DNA from: Eledone cirrhosa
Taxonomy: Eukaryota
Assembly: GCA_964016885.1 (NCBI GenBank)
Contig: OZ024744.1
Span: forward strand, 81,716,001 to 81,780,000
DNA length: 64,000 bases
Direction: 5' to 3'
The notes below the pieces were generated by a model. The model was not told the origin of the DNA and searched no databases. It was given only the letters and a program-made list of their open reading frames with translations. A program made the translations under genes and the position numbers. Each line of letters starts with the position of its first letter. Positions within the stretch are counted from its first letter, which is position 1. Below are positions 1 through 13,145 of the stretch, in pieces.

Positions 1-2
1 CA

Positions 3-48
<46 letters not shown>

Positions 49-50
<2 letters not shown>

Positions 51-238
51 TACGTTATTCCGGGTTGAATCGGAGGTAACCACAGTAAGTAAGGTACTCA
101 ATACATTGCAGAGTATAAACGTTTTAATATAGATGAGATTCTACAGGACTAGAACTGTTTCATTCTTTAGAAATCATCAGGAATCTGATGATTTCTAAAG
201 AATGAAACAGTTCTAGTCCTGTAGAATCTCATCTATAT

Positions 239-242
<4 letters not shown>
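49..242 (-). mobile_element. Penelope-like 3' end (pLTR-like, family 1) with perfect 58-bp foldback, flanked by (TA)n
   Basis: Arms 123-180 and 185-242 are exact reverse complements with loop GAAT. The same family recurs at 19530-19730 in + orientation. It contains an HHR. Confidence 0.7.
136..186 (-). ncRNA. Type I hammerhead ribozyme (family 1)
   Basis: Minus strand reads AGATTC-CTGATGA-tTTCtaaaGAAt-GAAACAG-ttctagtc-CTGTA-GAATCT. Stem I is AGATTC/GAATCT, stem III is ACAG/CTGT, and the cleavage triplet is GUA. The first stem II pair is a U-U mismatch. Confidence 0.75.
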
Positions 243-324
<82 letters not shown>

Positions 325-336
325 GTATGTATGCAT

Positions 337-406
<70 letters not shown>

Positions 407-923
407 TGTGTGTGTGTGTCTGCGGTGCTGAAACCGATGACACCACAAAGCATTAGAGAATGCGATGAATGGGGAGATGCAGAGTGAGTATAGAGATATG
501 TAAAATCCCAACTGCAACGCCAAGAGGTTTCGGCTTGTGTGTTTCGGCTGGTGTAGTAATATTTGTTGAGTGTGGAAAAATAGGTCACTGATTTTGGTAG
601 TGCTTTGGTTGAGTTTATCATAGAAGTAAACTGGTCTGATGGAAAAAGTGGGTGGTGGTGGTGGTGGTGGTGGTACAGACAGTGGTAAGTGTATCTGGAC
701 AGGCAAGGGGGTCAGGAGAAGGAAGTGGCCCTAGTCATTAATATATACATATATATACGTTTGAATTTATAAACGAAAGAAAAAGTACTCCATACCGAAA
801 CATGACTCTCTGTTGCTACTCTGAGTTTCAAGATTCTACATACACACACATATATATACAAGATTGTGTGTGTGTATATATATATATATATATCTCTACA
901 TATATATATATATATATACACAA

Positions 924-955
<32 letters not shown>

Positions 956-983
956 TATGTAATAAACAACATAAGACAATTAT

Positions 984-1054
984 TCCATTTACCAAAGGTT
1001 TCACGAAGACAGGCGAGTTCAACAGAGAGGTCTGAAACCGCTCATCAGAATGAA
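984..1054 (-). ncRNA. Type I hammerhead ribozyme (family A)
   Basis: Minus strand reads TTCATT-CTGATGA-GCG...CGT-GAAACC-ttt-GGTA-AATGGA, with GUA triplet. Other copies are at 9792-9862 (+) and about 19834-19905 (-). Confidence 0.75.
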
Positions 1055-1520
1055 AATTTAATATGGGCGTAAGATATGAAATTAAAAACAAAGGCTATTA
1101 CAATTGAAAGCGAGGCTGAAATAAAATAAAATAAAAATAAAGATAAGAAATATATAAAATAAAATAACATACATCTAACTACAACCAACACACACAATAA
1201 ACACCAATTTATTTTTTTATAATTATATCCCCTTTCTCATACCTTTAACTCACACACATCAACTATTCATAACCTATTAGAGACTTTGAACACTTCTTCC
1301 TTTTTAACCTTTAACCATACTTTTATCTACAACCACAACTCACAAAAAAACTCACATATTCACTTTAAACACATATCCTTTGTCATACCCTTAACACACG
1401 CACACACACTGACTTCCATCATTCCATCCACCTCTAATACTCAATCAAAGTCTTTAAAATTTTTTTCTTTCTACCTAATAGTTATACTCTTTCTACATAC
1501 ACCTTAACATTTCATTATTG

Positions 1521-1970
1521 TAAGAGTTACGTCCCTTTATGATCTAAGTTCAAATCCCGCCGAGGTTAACTTTGCCTTTCATCCTTACGGGGTCGATAAA
1601 ATAAAGTACCAGTAATGCACTGGTGAATTGCTGGCCTTGTGCCAAAAGTAGAAACAATTATTGTAATTGGGCAGTGGATTGGCAGTATCGGTAGAAGCTT
1701 GGACACCATGCTTTGCAGCATGGAGTTACGGCCCTTTACGATCTGAGTTCAAATCCCACCGAGGTAAACTTTGCCTTTCATCCTTGCGGGGTCGATAAAA
1801 TAAAGTACCAGTAATGCACTGGGATAATTGCTGGCCTTGTGCCAAAAGTAGAAACAATTATTGTAATTGGCAGTATCGGTAGAGGGTCGGACGCCATGCT
1901 TTGACGCATAGAGTTACGTCCCTTGCCATTCTGAGTTTAAATCCCGCCGAGGTTAACTTTACCTTTCATC
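1521..1970 (+). mobile_element. Three tandem, partly truncated copies of a tRNA-derived SINE
   Basis: A-box-like TGGCAGTATCGGT, B-box-like GAGTTCAAATCC and conserved body TTTGCCTTTCATCCTTACGGGGTCGATAAAATAAAGTACCAGT with an ATT-rich tail. Many dispersed copies occur in the window. Confidence 0.85.
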
Positions 1971-2108
1971 ACGCGTGTGTATATTTATGTATTTAAATTT
2001 TTTTTTTCATATATGTAAATGTATGTGTATGTGTATTTATATTTTTGCATGTGTGTGCATGTGTATGTACTTATATATGTGTTTATACTAAATATATATA
2101 TATATATA

Positions 2109-3131
2109 TCACCCTGACCGACCAGTCTGTCGAGCGTCCATTCGGCGCCGCTGGTCACAGCACGTCGTCCATTCCTCTCTGGGCCGTGCTTTCCTCATCC
2201 ATGTAGTCCTAATCATATTCCTAAAATCGTAACTCCACCTTCGTGGAGGCCTTCCGAGTGGTCGTTTCCGCCCGCGCGGGTACCACTCGGCAACTGCGCG
2301 GGTCCACCAATTATCGGTGAACCGGGTGACGTGTCCAGCCCATCTGAACTTGCTGCGCATATATTCCGTGATGACATCCCTCACGCCGGACTTCTGTCTG
2401 ATGACTTCGCTCCTGATGTGCTCTCTCAACGAGATTCCTAGCATTGATCTCTCCATGGCTCTTTGAGCCGTTACCAACCTCTGCTCTTCTCTCTTCGTTG
2501 TAGCCCAAGTTTCACTGCCATATAACATTGCAGGTAAAACTGTGCTATTGAAGAGGTTGACGCGGGTGGTCTTGTCCAACCTCCCCTTGAGCACATCCCT
2601 TATGCCGTTGAACGCCTTCCTTCCGGCCCTTACTCTCCGCGAGATCTCCCTCTCAATGTCTCGGCGCATGTTCACTTCTTGTCCTAGGTAGACGTATTCC
2701 TCCACCTCCTCTATTTCATCACCGCCAATCATCATTCGACCTGTTGGCACGTTGTTGGACCGCATGAACTTCGTTTTCATGCGGTTCATCTTGAGGCCTA
2801 CTGTAGAGCTTTTGCTGTTGAGCTCCGTCAGCATGGTCTGAAGCTGATCCGTGGTTTCAGCGATGAGTACGATGTCATCAGCGAAACGGAGGCGGGTAAG
2901 TATCTCGCCGTTGATTTTGACACCGCCTTGCAAGTCAATGCCTCTGATGATCTGCTCGAGACACGCGGTGAAAAGTTTTGGAGAGATCGTATCTCCTTGC
3001 TTCACTCCCTTGTCGATCGGCACTCGTACGGGTGATGACAGCAGAGCTATGTCGGTGGTGCATCCGGAACTCGCCTCCCTGAGCAGTTGAACGTATTGCG
3101 CCTCGACTCCTTGCCTCTGCAGCGAGTTCAA
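2109..3131 (-). pseudogene. RTE reverse transcriptase, C-terminal half
   Basis: Motifs KGVKQGDTISPKLF, LRFADDIVL, YVYLGQ, MLYGSETW, WAGHV and RPLGRPPRRW. Confidence 0.9.
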
Positions 3132-4997
3132 CCAGTGGGAGGGCGTCATCTTATGGTTAAAACAGTACGAAGAAAAGAGCCTCAGTACCCTGCGCGTCAA
3201 TCGAGACACTCCACGACGGCGGAGTGCAACCCGAGCGACGAGAGGCTGCTAAGAATCACAGGTTCTCGAAGGCTGCCAAAGAACAGGACTAACCTTGCCA
3301 TATGCACCTACAACTGCAGGTCTTTGGCAGGGGGCAATGACTGAACCACCTAATGGAGGAGAAGAAGAAGATCAGGTGCGACGTGTTAGGGGGCTGTGCG
3401 AGACCCGTCAGAAGAAGGAGGCGAGTTCGCGATGGCTAGATGGATGCGCCGTGAAACTCGGGAAAGCAGAGAGTGCCAGATCGGTCGGAGGTATAGGGTT
3501 CATCGTAAGCAAGGAATGGGCTTCGAAGGTCGCTTCTTGCCAGTTCATATCGTCACGGATTGGTGTACTGAACGTGAACCTCTCAGGGAAGGCCACCCTC
3601 AAGATCGTCCAAACCTACGTTCCCACAAGAGCCTGCGACGACGATGAAGTGGAAGAATTCTATCGCCAGCTAGACAAGTGCTAACTGTGAAGTCCTTTTA
3701 CACCGTCGTGATGGGAGACGTCAACGCAGAGGTCGGACAGGGACGGCAAGGGGAAGAGTATGTTGGAAGATTCGGTCTAGGAGAGCGAAATGAGAGAGGA
3801 GAGCGTCTGGTCACCATGACGGAGGCGAGACGACTCTACATCGGAAACAGCCTATTCAGGAAGAAGAAGGAGAAGAGATGGACCTGGGTATCGCCAAATT
3901 CTGAGCACCGAAACGAGATCGACTACATCTTGGTCGACAAGCGACGCATACTGCAGGACGTCTCCGTCATAACGCCATTCAACACTGGCAGTGATCATCG
4001 TCTGGTGAGGGCGAAGGTCGTCATCGACCGGACGAGGGAGAAGAAGGCGCTGCATTTGGCGTCGAAGGGAGAACGCGTCCGGGTCTTCAACGAGGCGCAG
4101 CTACAGGAAGCCATCATGCAGGAAAACTGGCGTCAAGGAGACGGCATAGACGCTGACTACGACTCACTGATAAGGAAACTGAAGGAGTGCTTGAGGAAGG
4201 CTAAGGGTGTGTGCCCGAGGGAGCGGAAGGGAAGAGTCTCGGAGGAAACTATGAAGTTGCTTGAGAAGAGGAAGAATATGAAGAGGACGCCTGAAGATCA
4301 CCTCGAATATTCCCTTCTCAGCAGAGTGATATGCCAACAACTGAAGAGAGACTTCGAGGTATACCGGATAGAGAAGCTCCTGAAGGCAGCAAAGGAAAAG
4401 AAGAGCCTCAAGAAATGCGAGAGGGACATGACAATGTACAGATCGGAGGTGACGACCCTGAAGAACACAGCTGGAGTACCGGTCAGCGACAAGAGTGAGG
4501 TGGAAAAGGTTTGCGAAGACTTCTACACCAAGCTCTTCAAGTCTGCTGGGAATGTGCAGTCGTTGCTGTCACCCCAAGAGGAAGAAAATGTACCACCCAT
4601 CCTTGTCGGTGAGGTCGAAAGAGCCGTCGGCTTGATGAAAAGCGGAAAGGCGCCAGGGAAAGACGGTATAACATAGGAGGTGTTGAAGTCAGGCGGAGAG
4701 CAGCTCTGGAAAATCCTCGCCGAGCGATTCACACACTCTCTGGACGAGGGAAGAATACCCTCGCAGTGGAAAGAGTCGAATACCATCCTACTATACAAGA
4801 AGGGCGATAGAGAAGATCTAAAGAACTACCGACCCATATGCCTGCTGTCTCACGTGTACAAGCTGTTCACGAAGATAATCCTGAACAGGTTATCACGTCA
4901 TCTGGACGAACAGCAACCGAGAGAGAAAGCCGGCTTCTGGAAGAACTACAGCACGATGGACCACATATTTACTCTGACACAACTGCTTGAACGAGCA
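3132..4997 (+). pseudogene. RTE APE endonuclease and RT N-terminal half (frameshifts and a stop)
   Basis: Motifs ICTYNCR, GLCETR, VMGDVNA, EIDYIL, SDHRLV, KAPGKDGI, NYRPICLL, ending at MDHIFTLTQLLERA. Confidence 0.9.
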
Positions 4998-5040
4998 TAT
5001 ATTTATATATACATATAATTATATATACATATATATATAT

Positions 5041-5683
5041 AATTGAATATAAAAGAGAGAGAAATGTGCGAATATAAAATGTGCGAATATAAACGCACAT
5101 GGCATCAGAACCTAGCGTGTCTCATAAACGTACGCTACTAAAAATAGCAGCCAAGTTTACAGGACATTTAAATTAGCTCAACAAAAATTGAAGGAGCCGA
5201 CTATATCAAAGGTATATATTGAGTTAGAAACTCAAAATAGTCTCTTATAATTAAATGGCTCAAGGAAAGAGGTTTTTCTGAGCTGTGTTATTTTATATTC
5301 GCACACTATTCAGTCTTCTTAGAAGTGACGGCTTTACTAATTTTACACCCACCGATGAACAAAGAATTGATATTTCCTTTCGCAAAAATTGCGAAACAGC
5401 CTACCAAAGCTGTCTAGGGGTTAGGCAGTTGCCCAATATCGGTTTGTATTTCTTTTCTTGATTTATTGTTTTAAATTGAGTCTGGCCAACCATATTGTTA
5501 ATAGTTAGTATTTTTTTCACCCCAGCGAACTTGGTCCCTTACGATTTGAACACATGTATGTTTATATCTGTGTTTATCTCGCTTTTATATTCAATTATAT
5601 TACACGGCTCATAAAAACCTCTTTCTTCGAGCTATTTAATTGTAAGAGACTATTTTGAGTTTCTAACTCAATATATACTTTTG

Positions 5684-5685
<2 letters not shown>
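5041..5685. mobile_element. Rearranged non-coding repeat family B (PLE-like end) with internal inversions
   Basis: Segments recur at 55000-55030 and 56058-56620. Region 5165-5280 is an inverted copy of about 5605-5685. The region is flanked by (TA)n. Confidence 0.6.
5345..5421 (+). ncRNA. Degenerate type I hammerhead ribozyme (family B)
   Basis: ACACCCA-CCGATGA-...TTGC-GAAACAGC-ctaccaaa-GCTGTC-TAGGGG. The core has U4>C. Consensus with the 56151-56228 copy suggests an ancestral CTGATGA. Confidence 0.6.
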
Positions 5686-5771
<86 letters not shown>

Positions 5772-5772
<1 letters not shown>

Positions 5773-6166
5773 TAAACGGAATAGAAAATGCTGACAAATT
5801 CACAGTGAAAAATAGTTTAATTAGGAATAAATGAGAATTAGTAATTGCATTGGTTAGTAATCAGTTTTGGTTTTAAGTTTTACCGGTTGCGCATTTCTAA
5901 ATGCTTTTCAAAAATAATTTTGAGATAGAGCGTCCGTGATGTTTGCTCTGTCTCAAAATTCGCTCTATCTCAAAATTATTTTTGAAAAGCATTTAGAAAT
6001 GCGCAACCGGTAAAACTTAAAACCAAAACTGATTACTAACCAATGCAATTACTAATTCTCATTTATTCCTAATTAAACTATTTTTCACTGTGAACAATTT
6101 GTCAGCATTTTCTATTCCGTTTACAAATATATATTAACTTGTGTGTTACACCTCTATTCTTTTAAC

Positions 6167-6167
<1 letters not shown>
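5772..6167 (+). mobile_element. Foldback repeat (about 160-bp arms) between (TA)n tracts, with degenerate minimal HHR
   Basis: Arms about 5772-5932 and 5961-6124. The right arm has TTGAAAA-GCATTtagaAATGC-GCAA-CCGGT-A at 5982-6012: U3-A8 core, GAAA mutated to GCAA, palindromic ACCGGT. Confidence 0.6.
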
Positions 6168-6229
<62 letters not shown>

Positions 6230-6230
<1 letters not shown>

Positions 6231-6610
6231 CAAAATTAAGATAAATTAAATGAATTTAATCCAAATCGAAATTGTGGGTGTCATGCCATAACGGCGTGCG
6301 CCATATCGCCCGGAAATAAGCTCAAAGATAGGTCCGAGCATTTTATAATAACTAGAAATTGATTAACATATATAAACATGAATAATAACAGGAGTTAATT
6401 TTTACAAGCGTGTAACCACGCATAGCAAGTTAGGTAACAAATAATCTCCTGTGATTATTCATGTTTATATATGTTAATCAATTTCTAGTTATTATAAAAT
6501 GCTCGGACCTATCTTTGAGCTTATTTCCGGGCGATATGGCGCACGCCGTTATGGCATGACACCCACTATTTCGATTTGGATTAAATTCATTTAATTTATC
6601 TTAATTTGGG
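6230..6610. repeat. Long inverted repeat (about 165-bp arms) adjacent to (TA)n
   Basis: About 6230-6397 is the reverse complement of about 6444-6610. A further partial copy lies at 6930-7030. Confidence 0.8.
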
Positions 6611-7023
6611 ATATAGATATATAAATACGGCTCCTTAATTGTAGAGCTAATTCTGTTGAAAGGAATTTGACTGCTGTTTCTAGTTGTCGAATACCTATTC
6701 ACGCCACTGAGACGAGACTGCTGTCATGTATAAGAGCAACACGTGGTAGCGGCCAGTTGAAGATTTGAACTCGCGGTGTAAGCATGGGTAGCTGGACATT
6801 ATTATTCTTCCTTGTTGATAATCCAATAATATCCACTTTCCGTGACTTACCATCTGATTAATTGGTGAAATATATTTCTTTAATGGAATATATACAGGGA
6901 AGGTTAATCATATATTAAAAGGTATCTATTTATTTGTTACCTAACTTGCTATGCGTGGTTACACGCTTGTAAAAATTATCTCCTGTGATTATTCATGTTT
7001 ATATATGTTAATCAATTTCTAGT

Positions 7024-7064
<41 letters not shown>

Positions 7065-7254
7065 GGTTTGTTGGTCACCACTGGATAGAATTGGTCATTC
7101 CGTATGGTCAATCTCGATGTTATATTATGGAGAGTACTCAACGTAATGCAGCTCACCCGTCTTCATTTGTGTAGTTGGTGGTGCGAGTACGGAGTTAATT
7201 ATTATAATAAAATAACAGGAGGCTGGACTTGTGTAAATCCTTGAAAGGTTTATT

Positions 7255-7312
7255 ATACTATGATGATTTCAATGACCGGGTTCCGTATGAATCCGGTGAT
7301 ATCATCAGATAT
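7255..7312 (-). ncRNA. Type I hammerhead-like motif (family E)
   Basis: Minus strand reads ATAT-CTGATGA-...ACCGG..CCGGT..-GAAATCATCATA-GTAT. The copy at 42215-42272 has the palindromic stem III intact. Confidence 0.55.
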
Positions 7313-7416
7313 TCGAAATATAACAAAGGAATATAACAGATAAGATTTTATCTGTTATATTCCTTTATTACATATACAGACATACATACAGACATATACA
7401 TATATACACACACATA

Positions 7417-7475
<59 letters not shown>

Positions 7476-7760
7476 TGTAATAAACAAATTTCGTTTGCTT
7501 TCAAGAAATCACCGGCAAATGAAATAATTATCTTATGTTGTTTATTACATAAGCTCTGTAACCTACACAGAGCACTTTTTTTTCCTGGACCTTTCCGACG
7601 GAATTATTTCATTTACACACACACACACACACACATACACACACACACATATATATATATATACATGGCATAGACACAAGTGTATAAACGCACTAGTCTG
7701 CAAATATATACATACGCAAACACACACACACACACATATATGTATATATATATATATATA

Positions 7761-7842
7761 ATATAAGATCAAAAGATGGTTAAAAGAGTTTCATCTTTTG
7801 ATCTTATATTATTTATACTCCAGTCCTACAAACTGTAGAGTG

Positions 7843-7905
<63 letters not shown>

Positions 7906-8296
7906 GGAGGTGAGTTTTATTGTAGTACAATAAAGCAATGCAGATATCGGATAAGAAGCACTCTACAGTTTGTAGGACTGGAGTATGCATAATATAAGAT
8001 CAAAAGATGGTTAAAGGAGTTCAATGTATTTTATTATGCGCATTTCAAAAACAAACATCATCATGCAATAATATTTGTGTTTTCATCAGATAAAATAGGA
8101 GAACATGATATGAAGGCTAAAAAACACTTGTGGATAGTGCAGTTTTAAATCAACATATGTTAAATATGTTTTTTAGCCTTCATATCATGTTCTCCTATTT
8201 TATCTGATGAAAACACAAATATTATTGCATGATGATGTTTGTTTTTGAAATGCGCATAATAAAATACATTGAACTCCTTTAACCATCTTTTGATCT

Positions 8297-8300
<4 letters not shown>
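7761..8300. mobile_element. PLE-like end family F with foldback duplication between (TA)n tracts
   Basis: About 7990-8125 is the reverse complement of about 8168-8303. The same family occurs at 29199-29630. Confidence 0.7.
8196..8266 (+). ncRNA. Type I hammerhead ribozyme (family F); mirror copy at 8027-8097 on minus strand
   Basis: TATTTTAT-CTGATGA-long stem II-GAAA-TGCGCAT-A-ATAAAATA. Stem I is 8 bp, stem III is the palindrome ATGCGCAT, and the triplet is AUA. Confidence 0.85.
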
Positions 8301-8368
<68 letters not shown>

Positions 8369-8415
8369 AACGTAAATAAGAAAGTTATGAAAATTGACTT
8401 ACTTACTAAAATTTC

Positions 8416-8494
8416 ACTCCAACTAATTAGTTTCTGCAAAGGGATAAATACAGTTATGTAATACCTGTAGAGAAGCCTTACGTCATCAGGGTGT
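8416..8494 (-). ncRNA. Type I hammerhead ribozyme (family G, copy 1)
   Basis: Minus strand reads ACACC-CTGATGA-...-GAAACTAATTAGTT-GGAGT. Palindromic stem III, GUU triplet, one stem I mismatch. Confidence 0.65.
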
Positions 8495-8945
8495 CTATTC
8501 TCAGTTAAGCCACCAGGCAATGCGGGTACACTGGAAGCTTATATAGCAATAATTCAGTGGATGGAAAAAATCGAAAAAATCGAGCGAGGCTAGATTCTAA
8601 GCACTGAAGAATTCGCTGCCTCCTTAGTCAAGTGGCAAATTCGAAAGAATTAATCACGTGACACTGAGGTTAACCAGCTTGGAGTGGGGGTGCTATTAAG
8701 ACAGAGCCTAGCCACTACTATCAGTCACAGTAGTAATTTGGCAAATTTTGCTCAACAAATAATTTGGAGAAGAATATAAAGAATTAATATATCTACCGAC
8801 ATATGTATACAGATGCATACCTACGCTAGCAGATATATATGTTTTGTCTTAGTAACTTTGTAGTTCTATGCAGGGGAATGCAGAACAATTATATGAAAGA
8901 CGTAAATAAGAAAGTTATGAAAATTGACTTACTTACTAAAATTTC

Positions 8946-9024
8946 ACTCCAACTAATTAGTTTCTGAAAGGGGATAAATACAGTTATGTAATACCTGTAG
9001 AGAAGCCTTACGTCATCAGGGAGT
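8946..9024 (-). ncRNA. Type I hammerhead ribozyme (family G, copy 2)
   Basis: Minus strand reads ACTCC-CTGATGA-...-GAAACTAATTAGTT-GGAGT, with perfect stem I ACTCC/GGAGT. Confidence 0.75.
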
Positions 9025-9136
9025 CTATTCTCAGCTAAGCCACCAGGCAATGCGGGGACACTGGAAGATTATATAACAATAATTCAGTGGATGGAAAAAA
9101 GCGAAAAAATCGAGCGGGGCTAGATTCTAAGCACTG

Positions 9137-9262
<126 letters not shown>

Positions 9263-9791
9263 TAGGAATTTGTTTTGCGAGGTTTTTGATATGAAATCTT
9301 GTGTCGAAACAAATATGGTTATACTTGGGGAGGGCCATATTGTTGTAATAATATTGTCAGAAATAATAACAGAACACACTCACTGTTTGGTTGGTTTTCG
9401 CTTCTGTATCTTTTATATCTCCATAGTTAATTCATTTGGCCATCAATGTTTAAACGGTCAAAAATACAGATATAAATATATATATATTGTCTACCAAAGT
9501 TCTTTCGTTGCACATCTGCAACATCATCAGTGGTATTATTATCATGTTTTCCCCTACTGTATTGTATTGTATTGTAATGTCTACGCCATTTTTATTTTAT
9601 TATAAAATAAAAATGGATAAAATAAAAATGGCGTAGACATTACAATACAGTAGGGGGGGGGGGGGGACATGATAATTTTTCCCGTTATTTTATTTTATAT
9701 ATTTCTTATCTTTATTTTATTTTATTTCAGCCTCGCTTTCAATTGTAATAGCCTTTGTTTTTAATTTCATATCGTACATCCACATTAAATT

Positions 9792-9862
9792 TTCATTCTG
9801 ATGAGCGATTTCAGACGTCTCTGTTGAGCTCGTCTGTCTTCCTGAAACCTTTGGTAAATGGA
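9792..9862 (+). ncRNA. Type I hammerhead ribozyme (family A)
   Basis: TTCATT-CTGATGA-GCGA...-GAAACC-ttt-GGTA-AATGGA. The element ends about 95 nt later at (TA)n. Confidence 0.7.
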
Positions 9863-9951
9863 ATAATTGTCTTATGTTGTTTATTACATAATTAAACAGC
9901 TCTGTAGCATACATAGAGCACTCTCCTTTCCTTTTTCTTTCCTATGGAAAT

Positions 9952-10004
<53 letters not shown>

Positions 10005-10086
10005 ATATATATGTTCGATTGCATGGAGAACCGTAGAAATAGTTATTATGATTAAACGTTTTATGTAACCTCACCATCTTATTTTA

Positions 10087-10152
<66 letters not shown>

Positions 10153-10870
10153 TAGAAACATATAATGAATGCATATCTCTCTCTCTCTATATATAAACAT
10201 ATACACCTTGGTATAACTATACGTGCGTGTGCGTGTCTGTTTCTCTGTATCTGTGGGTTTGTGCACGCGCGTGCGCGTGCGCGCGCGCGTGTGTGTGTTT
10301 ATGTGTAATCGCGCCTGTGTGTGTGTATACGTACGTATGTGGTGGAGGTGAGTGCAATGTTTATGTATGCCTGCACGTGCGTCGATGCATGTGAACGTGT
10401 GAACGCGAATGTGTGAATGTGTGAACGTGTAAATGTGTGAATGTGTGAATGTGTGAATGTGCGAATGTGCGAATGTGTGAATGTGTGAATGCGTGTGTGT
10501 GTGTGTAAGTGAACATCCACGCATGTGTACCTACCGTCGAGCAGCAACCTATTTGCAAAAGCAAAATCTGGCAGAATGGACTACAATATGCCTATCTAAC
10601 CAACTTTCTTTCAGACAACATAATCAATTAGGCCAGTCTGAACTACAGAGACAGTTAGCAAGACTCTTGAAATTCTCTTGAAATCTTGCCAAATTCATAT
10701 CACGTTGGAAGTTGTGACAAGCTAAGACAGTAGAAAATGTTTCGCAGCTTCATCTCTCAGCTGACACTCCAATGTTGACTGACACTGTCCATGTAAACAT
10801 ATTGTATATATCTGCACTTATGTTGATCAATCTATCTATTTTTCTATCTATTATTCTATCTTTTTGTATG

Positions 10871-10946
<76 letters not shown>

Positions 10947-10947
<1 letters not shown>

Positions 10948-13145
10948 ATAGTTTATTGTTATTTATTAATGTTAAAGTTATATTATTTTTATGTAAAACC
11001 CTCGCCGTCACGTCTTGTAATGTCCCATTTTTGTACGCCCCTGTGGCAAATAAAGCAAGATATCTATGAGATTGAGAGGACTGAGGACAGATGACTTTCT
11101 CTCCGGACAACAACTCATTCCCTTCTTTAGGTACCAGTTTAGAAGGAGAATCAGAGTGGAGAGAGAGGCACTGCACCCCAGAAAATTTACTGAAAAGTGG
11201 GTGAATGTGACAAAAATGGCCCGAGTAATTGGGCCGTCTCTGTATATAAACCTGTAGGTTGAAGAAGAGAGCAAAAGGAAGAAAGGAGTACTTGCACAAC
11301 ACACTCCTGAAGTTGAGGGTTGTTCTATCTACGGGGTATTAAACAACCCATTTGTAACGCCTACCGCTATTGGGGATTTCGATTGTTAAATTTGTTTGTT
11401 TCAATATTTTTACACGACTGTATGTAAAATCCCCGGCATGTGTCTTTGTTTTGTCCCCTTTTCTTGTGCGCCCTTGTGGCTAATAAAGAAATCTATCTAT
11501 CTATCCGTCTGCAGCCAGCACCCTTCCAACGGAAGGCTGGGAATGCCGTGGCTGATGATGCGCAAACATGCGCTGAGGCTACGGCATCTCCAGGTATTCC
11601 TCATCGACCAACCGGAACGTGGAGAGGCAAACCGGAACGTGGAGAGGCAAACCGATGCCGTCAGACAGCATCGTCGGACGCTGAACGGAAGGACCGATGA
11701 AACTGCTCGGGGTCTGGTTCGGTCCGGACCTCCAGCTGGAGAAAAACTGGAACGAGGTCACGGCCAAGGTATTTGTTCTCACCCAGAAGTGGGCAGAGTT
11801 CAAACTATCCTTGAAAGGTCGAGCAGAGGTGGCGAACACTTTCATAGCGCCCATCATCTACTGCCGCTTGACCATCGTGCCTTGTCCCCGTGAATACCTC
11901 ACCAAGATGGAAAGCATGCTTTTCCAGTTCTTTTGGAAAAAAGCAGGCTCCACTAGTGAGGAGATCCGTCTGCTGTCAGCACCCTTCCAACGGAGGGCTG
12001 GGCATGTCGTGGCTAATGATGCGCAAACATGCGCTGAGGCTACGGCATCTCCAGGTATTCCTCACCGACCAACCGGTGTGGGCCCCGTTCGTGAGACAGG
12101 CCTTCCCGCTGCTTATCTCGCTGATGGAGCTGCAGTCCTGGGTCAAGCGGAGACCGAAGAAAATGGGCGCCTGGCACATTGAAAGCGCTCAGGCGCTTAC
12201 AATCCTCTATCAAGCGGGCACAGCAATCAGTGGAGACTCCACTTGGATATTCTATAGAGGGTTAGTACGTCACAAGGGCGACGACGTGCTCGGAGAGACT
12301 CTGGGCGTCGAAGACGACGAGCTCACCAGTCTGTTTGGTAGAACTTTCCGCCCGGGACCCATGGACAACTTCCAGAGGTCCCTGGCCTGGCAGTGCTACC
12401 GAGGAGCTCTACCAGTTCGAGACAAGATCTACAGGCACGGACTCCCCGGCAGGGATCCTTCCAAGAGGACGTGTCCAAGATGCGAGCAGAACATTGAAAC
12501 CGTCCTGCACGCAATTGTACACTTCCGGGCGTAACCGACCTGTGGAACTACGCAGAACAACTGCTGTTGTGTATGGGACAAATCCAGTTGACTGCCGAGT
12601 CCATAGTAAGGATCAAACCGCCAGCCTCTTTCAAAAACGAAAGAGGGGCGGTTTTCCTCTGTATAGTGGCTATGGTGAAAGAGGTTATATGGTGGACGAG
12701 ATTGAGAGGACTGAGGACAGATGCCTTTCTCTCTGGACAACAACTCATTCCCATCTTTATATACCACTTTAGAAGGAGAATCAGAGTGGAGAGAGAGGCA
12801 CTGCACCCCAGTAAATTTACTGAAAGGTGGGTGAATGAAGCGAAAATGGCCCGAGTGATTGGGCCTTCTCTGTTTATAAGCCTATAGGTTATAAAGCGAG
12901 CAAAAGGAAGAACAGAGCACTTGCACAACACGCTCCTGAAGTTGAGGGTTGTTCTATCGACGGGGTATTAAACAACCCATTTGTAACGCCTCCCCCCTAT
13001 TGGGGATTTCGATTGTTAAATTTGTTTGTTTCAATATTTTTACGCGACTGTATGTAAAATCCCCGGCATGTCTTTGTATTGTCCCCTTTTCTTGTGCACC
13101 CTTGTGCGCCATTGTGGCAAATAAAGAAATATATCTATCTATCTG
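10947..13145 (+). mobile_element. Head-to-tail stack of 5'-truncated Tx1/L1-clade elements in (ATCT)n
   Basis: Three 3' ends of the form GTGGC(A/T)AATAAAG..ATCTATC at about 11065, 11500 and 13135. ORF2 C-terminal peptides include KLLGVWFG, GGLGM and CPRC..ETVLH. Confidence 0.9.

Larger units (their letters stand above)
2109..4997. mobile_element. RTE-clade LINE with 5' inversion, in TA-rich sequence
   Basis: The 3' half of the RT is on the minus strand (2109-~3131). The APE endonuclease plus RT N-half is on the plus strand (~3132-4997). The two pieces are complementary parts of one ORF. Confidence 0.9.

Noticed and set aside
421-735. Unique-looking segment with poly-Pro ORF and repeated GCCGAAAC on the minus strand
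   Set aside because: There is no recognisable domain, splice pattern or CTGANGA core, so it was left unassigned.
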